From positions 1,280,001 through 1,344,000 of the forward strand of contig OZ251459.1 of NCBI GenBank assembly GCA_965242525.1: a DNA stretch of 64,000 bases. The letters are read 5' to 3'. Below the pieces are notes generated by a model, which was not told where the DNA came from, made no database searches, and saw only the letters and a list, made by a program, of their open reading frames with translations. Positions 39,640 to 50,207 of this stretch are shown here, piece after piece. Made by a program: the position numbers and the translations under genes. The stretch's first letter is position 1. Every line of letters starts with the position of its first letter. The DNA comes from an uncultured Candidatus Binatia bacterium. Its GTDB lineage: Bacteria; Desulfobacterota; Binatia; UBA9968; JAJDTQ01.

Positions 39640-40557
39640 TCAGCGCTTGCCCTCCTGCTTCTCGCGAGGATGGTAGCGCCGGTGGACCTGTTTGATGCGG
39701 GTGCGGCTCACGTGCGTATAGATCTGGGTGGTGGCGATGTCCGAGTGCCCCAGCATCGACTGGACCGCGCGCAGGTCCGCGCCCCCCTCCAGCAGGTGGG
39801 TGGCGAAAGAGTGGCGCAGGGTATGGGGCGTGACCCGGTGCTGCAACCCGGCCCGCCGGGCGTACCCCCGGATCAGCTTCCAGAACCCCTGGCGCGTGAG
39901 CGGCCGGCCCGAACGGTTGAGGAACAGGTAGTCGCTGTGCCCCCGGGCAAGGAAGCGCGGGCGGACGTCCCTCAGGTAACGCAGCATGCAGTCCCGGGCC
40001 CAGCGGCCGAAGGGGACCAGCCGCACCTTGGCCCCTTTCCCCTTGACGGTCAAGTAGTTGCCCTCCAGGTTGACCTGCTGCAGGGTGAGGGAGACCAGCT
40101 CCGAGACCCTGAGCCCGCTGCCGTAGAGCAGCTCCAGCATGGCGCGGTCCCGGGCCCCCAGGGGCTTGGCCTCGTCGGGTTGCTCCAGCAGCGTGCGCAT
40201 GTCCTCGCTGCCCAGGGTCTCCGGCAGGCGGCCCGAGGCCCCCCGGGACGAGAACTCGGGTACGGGGTCGGCGGCCACCGCCTCCTCCTCGATCAGGAAA
40301 CGGTAGAACCGCTGCATGGTGCCCAGGAGCCGCGTGACCGACCGGTCGCCCAGGCCGCACGCCCTGAGGTCGGCTGCGTAGGCGCGCAGGTCCGACCGGG
40401 TGGCGTCGCCCCAGGAGCGGACCCCCCGTTCCGAGAGGAACTCCGCCAGCCGGTTCAGGTCCCGGCTGTAGGCCTCCAGGGTATTGGCCGCCAGTCCCCG
40501 CTCCACCGCCGCCGCCTCCAGGAACCTGTCAACCTGTTGCGTGAGCTCGTCGTGCAT
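39640..40557 (-). CDS. xerD: Site-specific tyrosine recombinase XerD
   Basis: RDRAMLELLYGSGLRVSEL, TRQGFW, PHTLRHSFATHLL, LGHSDIATTQIYTHV. Confidence 0.95.
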   Translation of the reverse strand: MHDELTQQVDRFLEAAAVERGLAANTLEAYSRDLNRLAEFLSERGVRSWGDATRSDLRAYAADLRACGLGDRSVTRLLGTMQRFYRFLIEEEAVAADPVPEFSSRGASGRLPETLGSEDMRTLLEQPDEAKPLGARDRAMLELLYGSGLRVSELVSLTLQQVNLEGNYLTVKGKGAKVRLVPFGRWARDCMLRYLRDVRPRFLARGHSDYLFLNRSGRPLTRQGFWKLIRGYARRAGLQHRVTPHTLRHSFATHLLEGGADLRAVQSMLGHSDIATTQIYTHVSRTRIKQVHRRYHPREKQEGKR

Positions 40558-43228
40558 GCTCCGGCTCCAGCTCCCTGTAGAGCGTCTCGCGCAGGGCTTC
40601 CAGCCGCGCCCGGTCGCGGACCTTCCCCCCTTCCCCGTCCGTGACGTAGAACACGTCGGCCACCCGGTCCACGTCGGTGGAGATCTTGGCCAGGTGGATG
40701 GAGAAGTCCAACCGCGACAGCCAGTAGGTGATGGTGAACAGGACCCCCGCCCGGTCCTGGGTATAGACCTCGACGATGGTGAAGTCGTCGGAGGCGCGGT
40801 TGTCCCACTGCACCAGGGTCGGACGTTTCCCCCGGGGCCTCTGCGGCAGCGAGGGCAGCGACCTGCCCACCAGCTCCGCCACATCGACACGGCCCTTCAG
40901 CACCCGTTCCAGGGTCCGCTCCATGCGCGGCCACTTGTCGGGATCCATCACGACTTCGGCCTTGCCCTGATGCGAGATGCGGAAGACGTCGAGTATGCGC
41001 CCGTCCCGGCGCGTGTGGATGCGGGCGCTCAGGACGTTCAGCCCCATGGCGGCGAAGACCCCCGCAATGGAGGCGAACAGGCCCGGCTGGTCGTGGGCGC
41101 AGACCGCCACCTCGCTATGGCCGCGGGCGGGGTGGTGGAGCACCGCGGCCAGGAACGGCTCGTCCCCGAGACGCCGCAGCAGCCGGTAGTGGAGCGGCAT
41201 GGCTTCCTCGGGGGTGTTGAGGAAGTAGCGCACGGGCATGGCGTCGATGAACTCCCGCCGCACTTCCTCCGGGGGATGGTCCGTCCCCAGGCGCTCCATG
41301 AGCCGCTCCTGTATCCGCCGCGCCTTCCGTTCCCGGTCCGGCTGCGCGGACTCGCCCTTCTCGCGCTCCTCCAGCACCTCCAGGGTGCGGTGGAAGAGTT
41401 CCTCCAGCAGCGCCCCCTTCCAGTCGTTCCACACCTCCGGCCCCACCGCCTTCATGTCCGAATAGGTGAGCAGGTACAGGGCCTCGAGGTTCTCCGCGGA
41501 GCCCACCACGTCGGCCAGGTCCCGCACGGTCTTCTCGTCCCGGATGTCCCGGCGAAAGGCCGTGCCGGTGAGGGTCAGGTGGTGGAGCACCAGGAAGGCC
41601 AGGGTCTCCTGCTCGTCCACGTCGAGCCCCATGCGCGCGGCCGCTTCCAGGGCCATGTCGCGGCCCAACTCCGAGTGGCCGCCGCCCTGCCCCTTGCCGA
41701 TGTCGTGGAACAGGATGCCCAGGATCAGGATCTCCGGCTTCCGGACCTCCCGGGCGAGTTGCGACAACCGCGGCAGCGAGTCCTCGAACTCCCCCGACCG
41801 CAGGCGCTCGAACTCCTTGACCGCGCGCATGAGGTGCTGGTCCACCGTATAGATGTGGTACAGGTCGTGGAGCGCCATGCAGCGGACCCGTGCGAACTCC
41901 GGGACCAGGGCGTCCAGCACGCCTGTTCGGTGCAGCTCCAGCAGGGTTTCGTAGATCCGGTCGTTGCCGCGCAGGATGTCCAGGAACCTGCGGTTGGGCG
42001 CCTCCAGGCCCCACAGGGTCCCTCCCAGGGCTTCCACCCGGGCCCGGACCACCTCCCGCGAATCCTGTCCCAGGCTCAGCCCGTGCCTTTGCAGGTCGGC
42101 GAAGACGTCCAGCAACTCCTCGGGGCCGACGTTCCCGGGCGTCACCGCCAGGGTCCCCCCTGCGATCCGCACTCCGGGACGCAACTCCCGCCCCGGCCGG
42201 GGCCTCCTGCGTTGGGAGGGGTCGTGGTCCACCGCCCGGTGGATGACCAGGGACGACAGGCGGCTGACCTCCTCGGCGTGCAGGTAGTAGGAGCGCATGA
42301 AGGTCTCCACCTCGCTCGACTTCCCGGCCTCGTGGAACCCCAGCCCCCGGGCGGCCTGCTCCTGGGACTCGAAGGTCAGCCGGTCCTGTCGCCGTCCCGC
42401 CAGGAAATGCAGTTCGTTCCGGGTGCGCCAGAGGAAGTCCCGGGACCGGGCCAGGGTCTCCGCGTCCCTGGGGTCCAGCAGGCCCGCCCCCGGCAGGTCA
42501 TGGATCTCCGCCGCGCCGCATTTGACCCGGGCGATCCACATGGCGGCGTGGATGTCGCGCAAGCCCCCCTGCCCCTCCTTCACGTCGGGCTCCAGCAGGA
42601 ACACGGACTCGCCGTGCCGCCGGCGCCGCCGGCCGTGTTCGCAGACCTTGGTCTCCACGAACCTGTCGCCGGCGCCTCCGCCGAGCTGCCGCCGCACCGT
42701 CCGCTCCAGGTCCCGGTACAACCCCGGGTCGCCGCAGACGTAACGCGCGTCCACCAGGGCCGTCCGGACCACGTGGTCGCGCCGGGCGTGGCGCGCGCAC
42801 TCGGCCACCGTCCGGGTGGCGTGGCCCACGGTCAAACCCGCGTCCCACAGGGGGTAGAGGATCCTTTCGGCGACGGGTTCCACGGAGGCCGCGGCGCGCC
42901 AGCCGTACAGGAAGAGGATGTCGATGTCCGAGTACGGGTTCAACTCGCCCCTGCCGTAGCCGCCCTGGGCCGCCACCCCGAAACGCCCTCTGGACGCCGC
43001 GCCGCGGTCCGCCTCCGCCGTCTCCAGGAGACGCCGCAGCAGGCAGTCGATCATGGCTCCGTGCGCCCGCACCACGTCCGCGCCCGAGGCCCCGGCGCGA
43101 TGGGACTCCAGCAGCAGCCGCCGCCCCCGGTCCACGTAGGCCCGGACCCCGGCGCCGGACACGGGGTCCGTGACCGACTCGTCCAGGAGCCGACGCCAGG
43201 CCTCCACGGGCGCTTCCGAATTCTCCAT
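40529..43228 (-). CDS. glnD: [Protein-PII] uridylyltransferase/uridylyl-removing enzyme
   Basis: GGYGRGELNPYSDID, EPDVKEGQGGLRD, YTVDQH, HDIGKG, two C-terminal ACT domains. Confidence 0.96.
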   Translation of the reverse strand: MENSEAPVEAWRRLLDESVTDPVSGAGVRAYVDRGRRLLLESHRAGASGADVVRAHGAMIDCLLRRLLETAEADRGAASRGRFGVAAQGGYGRGELNPYSDIDILFLYGWRAAASVEPVAERILYPLWDAGLTVGHATRTVAECARHARRDHVVRTALVDARYVCGDPGLYRDLERTVRRQLGGGAGDRFVETKVCEHGRRRRRHGESVFLLEPDVKEGQGGLRDIHAAMWIARVKCGAAEIHDLPGAGLLDPRDAETLARSRDFLWRTRNELHFLAGRRQDRLTFESQEQAARGLGFHEAGKSSEVETFMRSYYLHAEEVSRLSSLVIHRAVDHDPSQRRRPRPGRELRPGVRIAGGTLAVTPGNVGPEELLDVFADLQRHGLSLGQDSREVVRARVEALGGTLWGLEAPNRRFLDILRGNDRIYETLLELHRTGVLDALVPEFARVRCMALHDLYHIYTVDQHLMRAVKEFERLRSGEFEDSLPRLSQLAREVRKPEILILGILFHDIGKGQGGGHSELGRDMALEAAARMGLDVDEQETLAFLVLHHLTLTGTAFRRDIRDEKTVRDLADVVGSAENLEALYLLTYSDMKAVGPEVWNDWKGALLEELFHRTLEVLEEREKGESAQPDRERKARRIQERLMERLGTDHPPEEVRREFIDAMPVRYFLNTPEEAMPLHYRLLRRLGDEPFLAAVLHHPARGHSEVAVCAHDQPGLFASIAGVFAAMGLNVLSARIHTRRDGRILDVFRISHQGKAEVVMDPDKWPRMERTLERVLKGRVDVAELVGRSLPSLPQRPRGKRPTLVQWDNRASDDFTIVEVYTQDRAGVLFTITYWLSRLDFSIHLAKISTDVDRVADVFYVTDGEGGKVRDRARLEALRETLYRELEPEHARRAHATG

Positions 43229-43237
43229 TGCGCGGCT

Positions 43238-44386
43238 TCACTCCTCTCCGGGGCAGCGGATGTTCCGCAGCTTGTCGGCGTACTGCCGGACGCCGTGGGA
43301 CAGCCCTTCGACGATGGCGGACTTGACCGCTTTCTTGCGCAACGCGCCGGCGTCGCGGGGATTGCTCACGAAGAGCAACTCCACCAGCGCCGCCGGCATC
43401 TCGCCCACGGTCAGGACGTAGAAAGGGCCTTTCTTGACCCCGAGGTTGCGGGCCTTGCCATAATGGGGCCGGACCTTGCGGACCAGCGATGACTGCAACT
43501 TGTCGGCGAGGACCGGCGTGTAGCAGGCGAAGCTGCTCAGCTTCAGGTCGCTGAGGATGTACTGGAGGTCCTCCACCTTCCTGAGTGAAGTGCCGTTTTC
43601 CCGGGCCGCCAGCTTGAGGATGGCCCTGTCCTTGATCCGGTGGTCCAGGTAGTAGGTTTCGAGGCCCGCGGCCTTGCGGTTCGCGCTGGCGTTGGAGTGG
43701 ATGGAGACGAACAGGTCGGCAGCCGCCCTGGTGGCGATGTTGGTCCGTTCCTTCAGCGAAACGGAGACGTCCCGGTCCCTGGTGAGGACCACGTCGACCC
43801 CCATTTCCCGTCGAAGCCTTCCCGCCAGCCCCTTGGCAACGGCCAGCGTGACGTCCTTTTCCCTGAGGCCGTTCAGGCCCACCGCGCCCGGGTCCTTTCC
43901 TCCGTGTCCCGGGTCCAGCACGACCTTCCGGAGCGACCTTCGGACCGCCTCGTCCTCGGGCTTCCTGCCCGCCGGAACTCGCCCCTTCCGCTCCACGTCC
44001 ACCAGGATCCGGTGCGGGTCGGCGAGCAGCGCCGCGTCGTGGACGCCGGGATGTTTCAGGTCGAGCACCACCCGCGCCACGTCCTTCCTGTACTGGTTCA
44101 TCCGGACCCGCCGCACCAGCCGGTCGTTTACGTCCACGCGGCGCCGCGGGACCGCCAGACGGGTCCCGGACAGGTCCAGGTAGATCCTCGGCGGAAGCCC
44201 TTTCCCGGGAGCCGCATCGAGTCTGTGGACGGCGTATTCCACCGGAGCGGCCAGGTCGAGGATGACCCGCGTGTAGTTGGCCGACGACAGGTGGCGCACT
44301 CCGGTCAGCCGCCCGGCGGCCGCGTCGCCCGCGGCCGCCAGGACTGCGGCGCACAGGGCGAGCCACAGTGGAAGGAAACGCGCCAA
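43238..44386 (-). CDS. N-acetylmuramoyl-L-alanine amidase (AmiC-like, AMIN + Amidase_3)
   Basis: Signal peptide, LDPGHGGKDPGA, LREKD, FVSIHSNA, LVELLFVSN. Confidence 0.92.
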   Translation of the reverse strand: MARFLPLWLALCAAVLAAAGDAAAGRLTGVRHLSSANYTRVILDLAAPVEYAVHRLDAAPGKGLPPRIYLDLSGTRLAVPRRRVDVNDRLVRRVRMNQYRKDVARVVLDLKHPGVHDAALLADPHRILVDVERKGRVPAGRKPEDEAVRRSLRKVVLDPGHGGKDPGAVGLNGLREKDVTLAVAKGLAGRLRREMGVDVVLTRDRDVSVSLKERTNIATRAAADLFVSIHSNASANRKAAGLETYYLDHRIKDRAILKLAARENGTSLRKVEDLQYILSDLKLSSFACYTPVLADKLQSSLVRKVRPHYGKARNLGVKKGPFYVLTVGEMPAALVELLFVSNPRDAGALRKKAVKSAIVEGLSHGVRQYADKLRNIRCPGEE

Positions 44387-46981
44387 TCAGCCGTCCCCCC
44401 TCGCCTCGGTCACCAGTTCCGTCAACACGTTCAACGCCTCCAGGGGCGTGAGGACGTTGGTGTCCATGACCCGGAGCCTCTCCCGCAGCCTGTCGCCGCG
44501 GGGTTCGTACAACATCAACTGGACCCCTTTCGACGGCGTCTCGTCCCCGGCCAGCCGGGGTTGCCCCCAGGAGTTCAACTCCCCGCCTTCGAGGTTCTTC
44601 AGGATCTCCCTGGCCCGGTCGATGAGGGCGCGGGGCAATCCGGCGAGACCGGCCACCTGTATGCCGTAGCTGCGGCTGGCGGGACCTTCCTTCAGGGTGC
44701 GCAGGAAGATCACCTCCCCCTGCCATTCCTTGACCGCGAAGTTGAAGTTCTTCACCCGCTCCCGGGTGCGGGCCAGGGCGGTGAGCTCGTGGTAGTGGGT
44801 GGCGAACAGCGTCCGCGGCCGGTACGGCGACTCGTGCAGGAACTCGGCCAAGGCCCAGGCGATGGAGATGCCGTCGAAGGTGCTGGTGCCGCGCCCCACC
44901 TCGTCCAGCAGGATCAGGCTGCGGGGGGTGGCCAAGCGCAGGATGCGGGCGGTCTCCTTCATCTCCACCATGAAGGTGGATTCCCCCAACGCCAGCGCGT
45001 CGGTGGCGCCGAAACGGGTGAACAGGCGGTCCACGAGTCCCACGTGGGCCGTGTCCGCGGGCACGAAGCTGCCCATCTGGGCGAGCACCACCACCAGCGC
45101 CACCTGCCTCATGTAGGTGGATTTGCCCGCCATGTTGGGGCCGGTCAGGAGCTTGATCTGGGTGGTCTCGGAATCCAGCCGGCAATCGTTGGGCACGAAC
45201 CCGCCGCGGCCCAGCGCCGCCTCCACCGCGGGGTGGCGCGCGCCGGTCATGGCCAGGGTCAGGCCGGAATCCACCCGCGGGCGGACGAAACGGCGGGACT
45301 CCGCGGTCTCCGCAAGGGCGAGCAGCGCGTCCAGCCTGGCCAGGGCGAGGCTCGATTCCCTGAGGATCCGGTAGTGCGCGGCGATCCGGTCGAGCAGGTC
45401 GGCGAAGAGCCGGGTCTCGAGCTTCAGTATCTCCTCGCCCGAGCCCAGCACCCTGGCTTCGTACTCCTTGAGCTCCGGGGTGATGAAACGTTCGCCGTTG
45501 ACCAGGGTCTGCTTGCGCAGGTAGTCGTCGGGGACGCTGGCGAGGTTGGCCCTGGTGACCTCGATGTAGTAGCCGAACACCTTGTTGTAGCGCACCTTCA
45601 GGGATTGGATGCCGGTGCGCTGCCGTTCCCTGTGCTGGAGCTCGGCGATCCAGCCCGTGGCGTTGCTGCGGACGGCCGACAGTTCGTCGAGCTCGTTGTC
45701 GAAACCGGGCCGCATGACCCCCCCGCCCCGGAGCGACGCCGGGGGCTCGTCCACGAGGGCCCGCTCCACGAGATCCACCACCTCCGGAGCGGCGTGCAGC
45801 CCCGAACGGATCTCCACGAGCATCTCGCTGTCGCACCGCCCCATCTCCTCCCGCACCCCGTCCAACGCGCGCAGGGTGTCCTTGATGGCCGCCGCGTCCC
45901 TGGGCGTGGCGCTCCGGGAGGCGATGCGCCCCGACAGGCGCTCCAGGTCCTGCACGCGGTGGAGCGCGTCCCGCAGCCTGCCCCGGGTCTCGGAATCGTT
46001 CAGGAGCTGCTCCACCGCGTCCTGCCGATGCCGGATCCGACGCTCGTCCAGCAACGGATAGAGTATCCATTTCCGAAGCTCCCGCGCTCCCATGGCGGTG
46101 CGGGGGGGTTCCAGGACCCCGAGCAGGGAACCGCGCCTGCCGCCGTCGAAGCTCTGCAGCAGTTCGAGGTTGGCCTGGGTGGTCTCGTCGAGCATGAGGA
46201 ACTGGGAGGCGCGGTAGGGTTCCAGCGCGGTCAGCACGGGCACGGCCCCGGGGGAGCGGTCCTCCAGGTAGGCGAGGATGGCGCCCGCGGCCCGGACCCC
46301 CAAGGGCCACTCGTCCCGGGGGCCGTCGTAGGCGCCGGCGCTGCGCAGCCGCTGGACCGCGGCGTCGGAGAACCACGTTTCGGGGCCCTGCGTGCAATGC
46401 ACGTGGGCGTAGTCCCGGCGCAGGTTCGAGAGCGCCTCCGAACCGGCCTCGGGAAGCAGCAGCTCCCGGGGCTGGATGCGCCCGAGCTCGCTGGTGAAGG
46501 CGGCGTAGCCCTTCACCTGGGTGAAGCGGAACTCCCCGGTGGTGACGTCCACGAACGAGAGGCCGTAGGAGTCGTGGGCCCCGGTGACGGCCACCAGGAA
46601 GTTGTTCACGTCGGCGTCCAGCCCCTCGCCTTCTGTGAGGGTGCCCGGGCTGACGACCTTGACCACCTGGCGCTGGACCACGCCCTTGGCCGCGGCGGGG
46701 TCCTCCACCTGTTCGCACACCGCCACCTTGAACCCCGCGGACAGCAGCTTGCCGATGTAGGGGGCGGCCGCATGGTGGGGCACGCCGCACAGGGGCACCG
46801 GGGCCCCGTCGCTGCGGTTGCGGCTGGTGAGGGCGATGTCGAGCACCTTCGCGGCCTTTTCCGCATCCTCGAAGAACATCTCGTAGAAGTCCCCGAGCCG
46901 GAAGAACAGGATGGCGTCCCGGTGCCGATCCTTGATCTCCAGGTACTGATGCATCATGGGCGTGAGCCGCGTGCGCTCCAT
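44387..46981 (-). CDS. mutS: DNA mismatch repair protein MutS
   Basis: TPMMHQY, GDFYEMF, TGPNMAGKSTY, STFMVEM, DEVGRGTST, FATHYHEL, SYGIQVA. Confidence 0.97.
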   Translation of the reverse strand: MERTRLTPMMHQYLEIKDRHRDAILFFRLGDFYEMFFEDAEKAAKVLDIALTSRNRSDGAPVPLCGVPHHAAAPYIGKLLSAGFKVAVCEQVEDPAAAKGVVQRQVVKVVSPGTLTEGEGLDADVNNFLVAVTGAHDSYGLSFVDVTTGEFRFTQVKGYAAFTSELGRIQPRELLLPEAGSEALSNLRRDYAHVHCTQGPETWFSDAAVQRLRSAGAYDGPRDEWPLGVRAAGAILAYLEDRSPGAVPVLTALEPYRASQFLMLDETTQANLELLQSFDGGRRGSLLGVLEPPRTAMGARELRKWILYPLLDERRIRHRQDAVEQLLNDSETRGRLRDALHRVQDLERLSGRIASRSATPRDAAAIKDTLRALDGVREEMGRCDSEMLVEIRSGLHAAPEVVDLVERALVDEPPASLRGGGVMRPGFDNELDELSAVRSNATGWIAELQHRERQRTGIQSLKVRYNKVFGYYIEVTRANLASVPDDYLRKQTLVNGERFITPELKEYEARVLGSGEEILKLETRLFADLLDRIAAHYRILRESSLALARLDALLALAETAESRRFVRPRVDSGLTLAMTGARHPAVEAALGRGGFVPNDCRLDSETTQIKLLTGPNMAGKSTYMRQVALVVVLAQMGSFVPADTAHVGLVDRLFTRFGATDALALGESTFMVEMKETARILRLATPRSLILLDEVGRGTSTFDGISIAWALAEFLHESPYRPRTLFATHYHELTALARTRERVKNFNFAVKEWQGEVIFLRTLKEGPASRSYGIQVAGLAGLPRALIDRAREILKNLEGGELNSWGQPRLAGDETPSKGVQLMLYEPRGDRLRERLRVMDTNVLTPLEALNVLTELVTEARGDG

Positions 46982-47112
46982 CACATCACCCCGCGTCCTC
47001 CACCGCCGGGGTCCGGGAGGTTCCCGCGCATCCCCGCGTCCCGGTCGCCAGCCGCCGAACCTCGCCGTTCCACTCGTCCACCACGTTGCCGGTCCCCAGC
47101 GAGAAGACGAAC

Positions 47113-48705
47113 CTAGACCTTGCGCCGCTGGCCCAGCAGGTAGTCCACCAGGAGGTACTGTCCGAGACGGTCGGGACGGGTGTAGAAGGCGCGCCCCTTG
47201 TTGAGGCGGGTCATCTCGTCCACGAACCCCTTCAACACCGGGCTGTCGTCGAGCATGAACGTGTTGATGGTGATGCCCCGCCGGGTGACCCGTCTCGCCT
47301 CCTTCAGGGTCTCTTCCGCGGCGCGCTGGCTGATGCCGCCGAAGCTGAGGGGCCATTCGCAGTAGAGCCGTCCCTGGCGGCAGTACGCGGTGGGCTGGCC
47401 GTCGGTGATCACGATGATCTGCTGGTTCTGGGTCGAGCTCCGCTTCTTCAACAGGTCGATGGCGAGCCGGAGTCCGTCCTGGAGGTTGGTGAAGGGGTCC
47501 CCCATGTTCCAGGTGGCTTCGGGCAGGTCCCTGGCCTTCAACTCCACCGCCCGGGTGAAGAAGCCGACGATGCCGAAATAGTCCTGGGGGTAGCGGGAGC
47601 GGCACAGGGACTCCATGGCCAGGGCCACCTTCTTGGCCGCGGCGAACCTCCCGTCCCAGCTCATGGACCAGCTCATGTCCAGCAACAGCACCGTCGCCGC
47701 CCGGGTCGAGTACCGGGAATCGAGGACCATGAAGTCCCGGGGGTCCAGGTCCAGGGGCGTCCGCGGGTTGCGCCGCAGGGCGCTCCGGAGGGTCTCGTTG
47801 AGGTTCAGGTTCAGCGCGTCGCCGGACACGTAGGGCTTGCTCGATTCGGGCACCGGCTCCTGGCTCCCGCGCCGGGCGATGGCGTGCCGGCCCGCGGCGT
47901 CCCGGTCCAGTTGCTTGTGGATGTCCCTCAGGGCCATCTGGCCGATGCGCCGGACGCCGCGGGGGGTCAACTCGAAGCGGTCGCCCTTGTCCACCAAGTA
48001 GCCGCCGTCCTCCAGGGACGACTCCAGCCGCATGACCCCCTCGTAGTCCTCCCGGGCCTGGTTCCCGAGCAGGCTGTTGAGCAGGTCCGTCTCCACGTCC
48101 CTGGGGTGGCTGCCGGAGAGCTGGCCCTCCAGTTTCTGCAAGCCCTCCATGCGCTCCTGGATCTCCTCGGCTTCTTCGAAGTTCAACGATTCCCTGCCCC
48201 TGAAGAGGTTTCCCTCGCGTCGGATGTAGTTTTCCAGGCGGCGGATCCTGTCCAGTTGGGAAAGGATCTCCCGGAACTCTTCCCCGGCCCGGGCGTTCTC
48301 GAAGTCGTAGCCGGCCAGGCGCTCGATGGCGTCGCTCAGCTTCGGCGGCAGGTGCTGGAGGAACTGGTCCTTCTTCTCCGCCTCGGCCCGGTCGTCCTGC
48401 TGCTCGAGGGTCTTGCGCTCGTTGGCGACGATGTCCTGCAGCCGCTCCTGGATCTCGTCCAGGGCCGAGCGGATCTGGTACTGCTCGTACATGCGGCGCT
48501 TTTCCCGGGCCACACGCGAAAGCAGGTCGTCGAGACCGGACACCCGCTCCTCTTCCTCGCCCATGCCGCGCTGCATCAGGCGGCGCATGGACTGCTGCAG
48601 GTCGCCGGTGTCGTCCAGGTGCTCGTTGAGCTGGTCGAACACCTCGTCCGGCCGGAAGGAGCTGTCCCGGCCCCGGTCCCAGCGGCTGTAGCGAGCGTGG
48701 ATCAT
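47113..48705 (-). CDS. VWA domain protein
   Basis: MIDAS DMSWSM, TNLQDGL, ITDGQPTA; N-terminal RYSRWD. Confidence 0.88.
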   Translation of the reverse strand: MIHARYSRWDRGRDSSFRPDEVFDQLNEHLDDTGDLQQSMRRLMQRGMGEEEERVSGLDDLLSRVAREKRRMYEQYQIRSALDEIQERLQDIVANERKTLEQQDDRAEAEKKDQFLQHLPPKLSDAIERLAGYDFENARAGEEFREILSQLDRIRRLENYIRREGNLFRGRESLNFEEAEEIQERMEGLQKLEGQLSGSHPRDVETDLLNSLLGNQAREDYEGVMRLESSLEDGGYLVDKGDRFELTPRGVRRIGQMALRDIHKQLDRDAAGRHAIARRGSQEPVPESSKPYVSGDALNLNLNETLRSALRRNPRTPLDLDPRDFMVLDSRYSTRAATVLLLDMSWSMSWDGRFAAAKKVALAMESLCRSRYPQDYFGIVGFFTRAVELKARDLPEATWNMGDPFTNLQDGLRLAIDLLKKRSSTQNQQIIVITDGQPTAYCRQGRLYCEWPLSFGGISQRAAEETLKEARRVTRRGITINTFMLDDSPVLKGFVDEMTRLNKGRAFYTRPDRLGQYLLVDYLLGQRRKV

Positions 48706-48777
48706 GAGGCGTCGAACGCGGCCCGAGGCGGCCGCCGGCCCGGGGCCCGGCCGTCAGGGAGGCGCGCGGCCGGGCGG

Positions 48778-50175
48778 TCACTTGCCATACTTGACGCGGC
48801 CGCCCGCGGCCTCCTTGTTGAGCTTCTGGTGCAGGTGCAGGCCTTCCAGCACCAGTTCGGTGGCCGAAGCGACGAACGCCGGCGAGTCGGCCTCCCCCAG
48901 GGCGCCGATGGTCTCCTTCAGCCCCGGTATCTCCTCGATGCCCTCCAGGTAGTCCTCCGAGCGCATCTCGTCGGAGACCTCCGCCCCCCCGCCGGAGTTG
49001 AAGTACTCGATGACGCTCTGCAGCGAGTCCACATCGAGCCGGGTGTCGAAGGTCTTGAGGATCGCCCGGTTCAGGAGCCGCTCGATGAGCTCCTCCTCGT
49101 TCTTTTCCTCGCCCACGTACTCCACCTCGATCTTCCCGCAGGTGGAGGGAAGCACCGCGTGGAGGTCGCTCACCCGCGGCACGATGGCGGTCTCGCCGAG
49201 CCGCAGGGCGCGCTTCTCTGCGTTGCTGACCATGCTCTCGTAGTTGTTGATGCTGACCCGGACGCTGACCCCGGAGGACTGGTTGATCTCGCTCGAATTG
49301 CGCGCCTCGAAGGTCAGGTGGCCCAGGACCTCCTTCATGAAGTCCGGGATGAGCACCGCATGGCTGCGGTCGTGGAGCGGCGCGGACTCCTGCTCCATGA
49401 TGTCGATCTCGTGCTCCACCCGGCGAGGGTAGTGGGTCCGTATCTGGACGTCGAAGCGGTCCTTCAGCGGGGTGATGATGCGGCCCCGGCTGGTGTAGTC
49501 CTCCGGGTTGGCGCTGGCCACGATGACCACGTCTAGGGGAAGGCGGATCTTGTAGCCCTTGATCTGGACGTCCTTCTCCTCCATCAGGTTGAACAGCCCC
49601 ACCTGCACCTTCTCGGTCAAGTCCGGGAGCTCGTTGACCGCGAACACGCCCCGGTTCGTGCGCGGGATCAGGCCGTAGTGGATGGTCTCCTCGTCCGCGA
49701 GGTAGCGCCCTTCCGCCACCTTGATGGGGTCGATCTCGCCGATGAGGTCGGCGATGGACACGTCCGGGGTCGCCAGCTTCTCCCCGTAGCGGTGGGTCCG
49801 GTCGATCCATTCCACCTCCAGGTCGTCGCCTTTCTCGGCCCACCGGCGCCGACAGGGGGCGCAGATGACGTGGAAGGGGTCGCAGTTGATCTCGCAGTCC
49901 CTGACCCTGGGGATCTCCTCGTCCAGCAACTGCGTGAGGCCGCGAATGATCCGCGACTTGGCCTGTCCCCTCTCCCCCAGGAAGACCATGTGGTGGCCCG
50001 ACAGGATGGCGTTCTCGATCTCCGGGATCACGGTCTCTTCGTAGCCCACGATCCCCGGCAGGAGGCGCTTCCCGGACTTGAGAAGGCCCATCAGGTTGCG
50101 GCGCATCTCGTCGCGCACCGGCCGGACCGCGGCTCCGCTGCGTTTCAGGTCGCCCAGGGTCTTGATGGATTCCAC
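48778..50175 (-). CDS. Magnesium chelatase ChlI/MoxR-like AAA+ ATPase
   Basis: GERGQAKSR, ADLIGEIDPIKVAEGR, NELPDL, ANPEDYT.RGRIITPLKDRF. Confidence 0.88.
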   Translation of the reverse strand: MESIKTLGDLKRSGAAVRPVRDEMRRNLMGLLKSGKRLLPGIVGYEETVIPEIENAILSGHHMVFLGERGQAKSRIIRGLTQLLDEEIPRVRDCEINCDPFHVICAPCRRRWAEKGDDLEVEWIDRTHRYGEKLATPDVSIADLIGEIDPIKVAEGRYLADEETIHYGLIPRTNRGVFAVNELPDLTEKVQVGLFNLMEEKDVQIKGYKIRLPLDVVIVASANPEDYTSRGRIITPLKDRFDVQIRTHYPRRVEHEIDIMEQESAPLHDRSHAVLIPDFMKEVLGHLTFEARNSSEINQSSGVSVRVSINNYESMVSNAEKRALRLGETAIVPRVSDLHAVLPSTCGKIEVEYVGEEKNEEELIERLLNRAILKTFDTRLDVDSLQSVIEYFNSGGGAEVSDEMRSEDYLEGIEEIPGLKETIGALGEADSPAFVASATELVLEGLHLHQKLNKEAAGGRVKYGK

Positions 50176-50207
50176 GCCCCTACCTCCTGCCAGGCTCTCC
50201 CGCCAGG

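Noticed and set aside
39640-40557. Tyrosine recombinase as a mobile-element integrase
   Set aside because: Typical XerD motifs in housekeeping context (glnD, trpS, scpAB)
40484-47116. Very long antisense or alternate-frame ORFs (e.g. 40484-43492, 43640-47116, 42498-46790) and similar ones across the window
   Set aside because: Expected shadow ORFs in high-GC DNA opposite well-supported genes; no recognisable motifs
46982-49843. Apparent 1818-aa MutS fusion
   Set aside because: The N-terminal part is an off-frame, Arg/Gly/Pro-rich read of the AAA and VWA genes; MutS homology starts at about 46981
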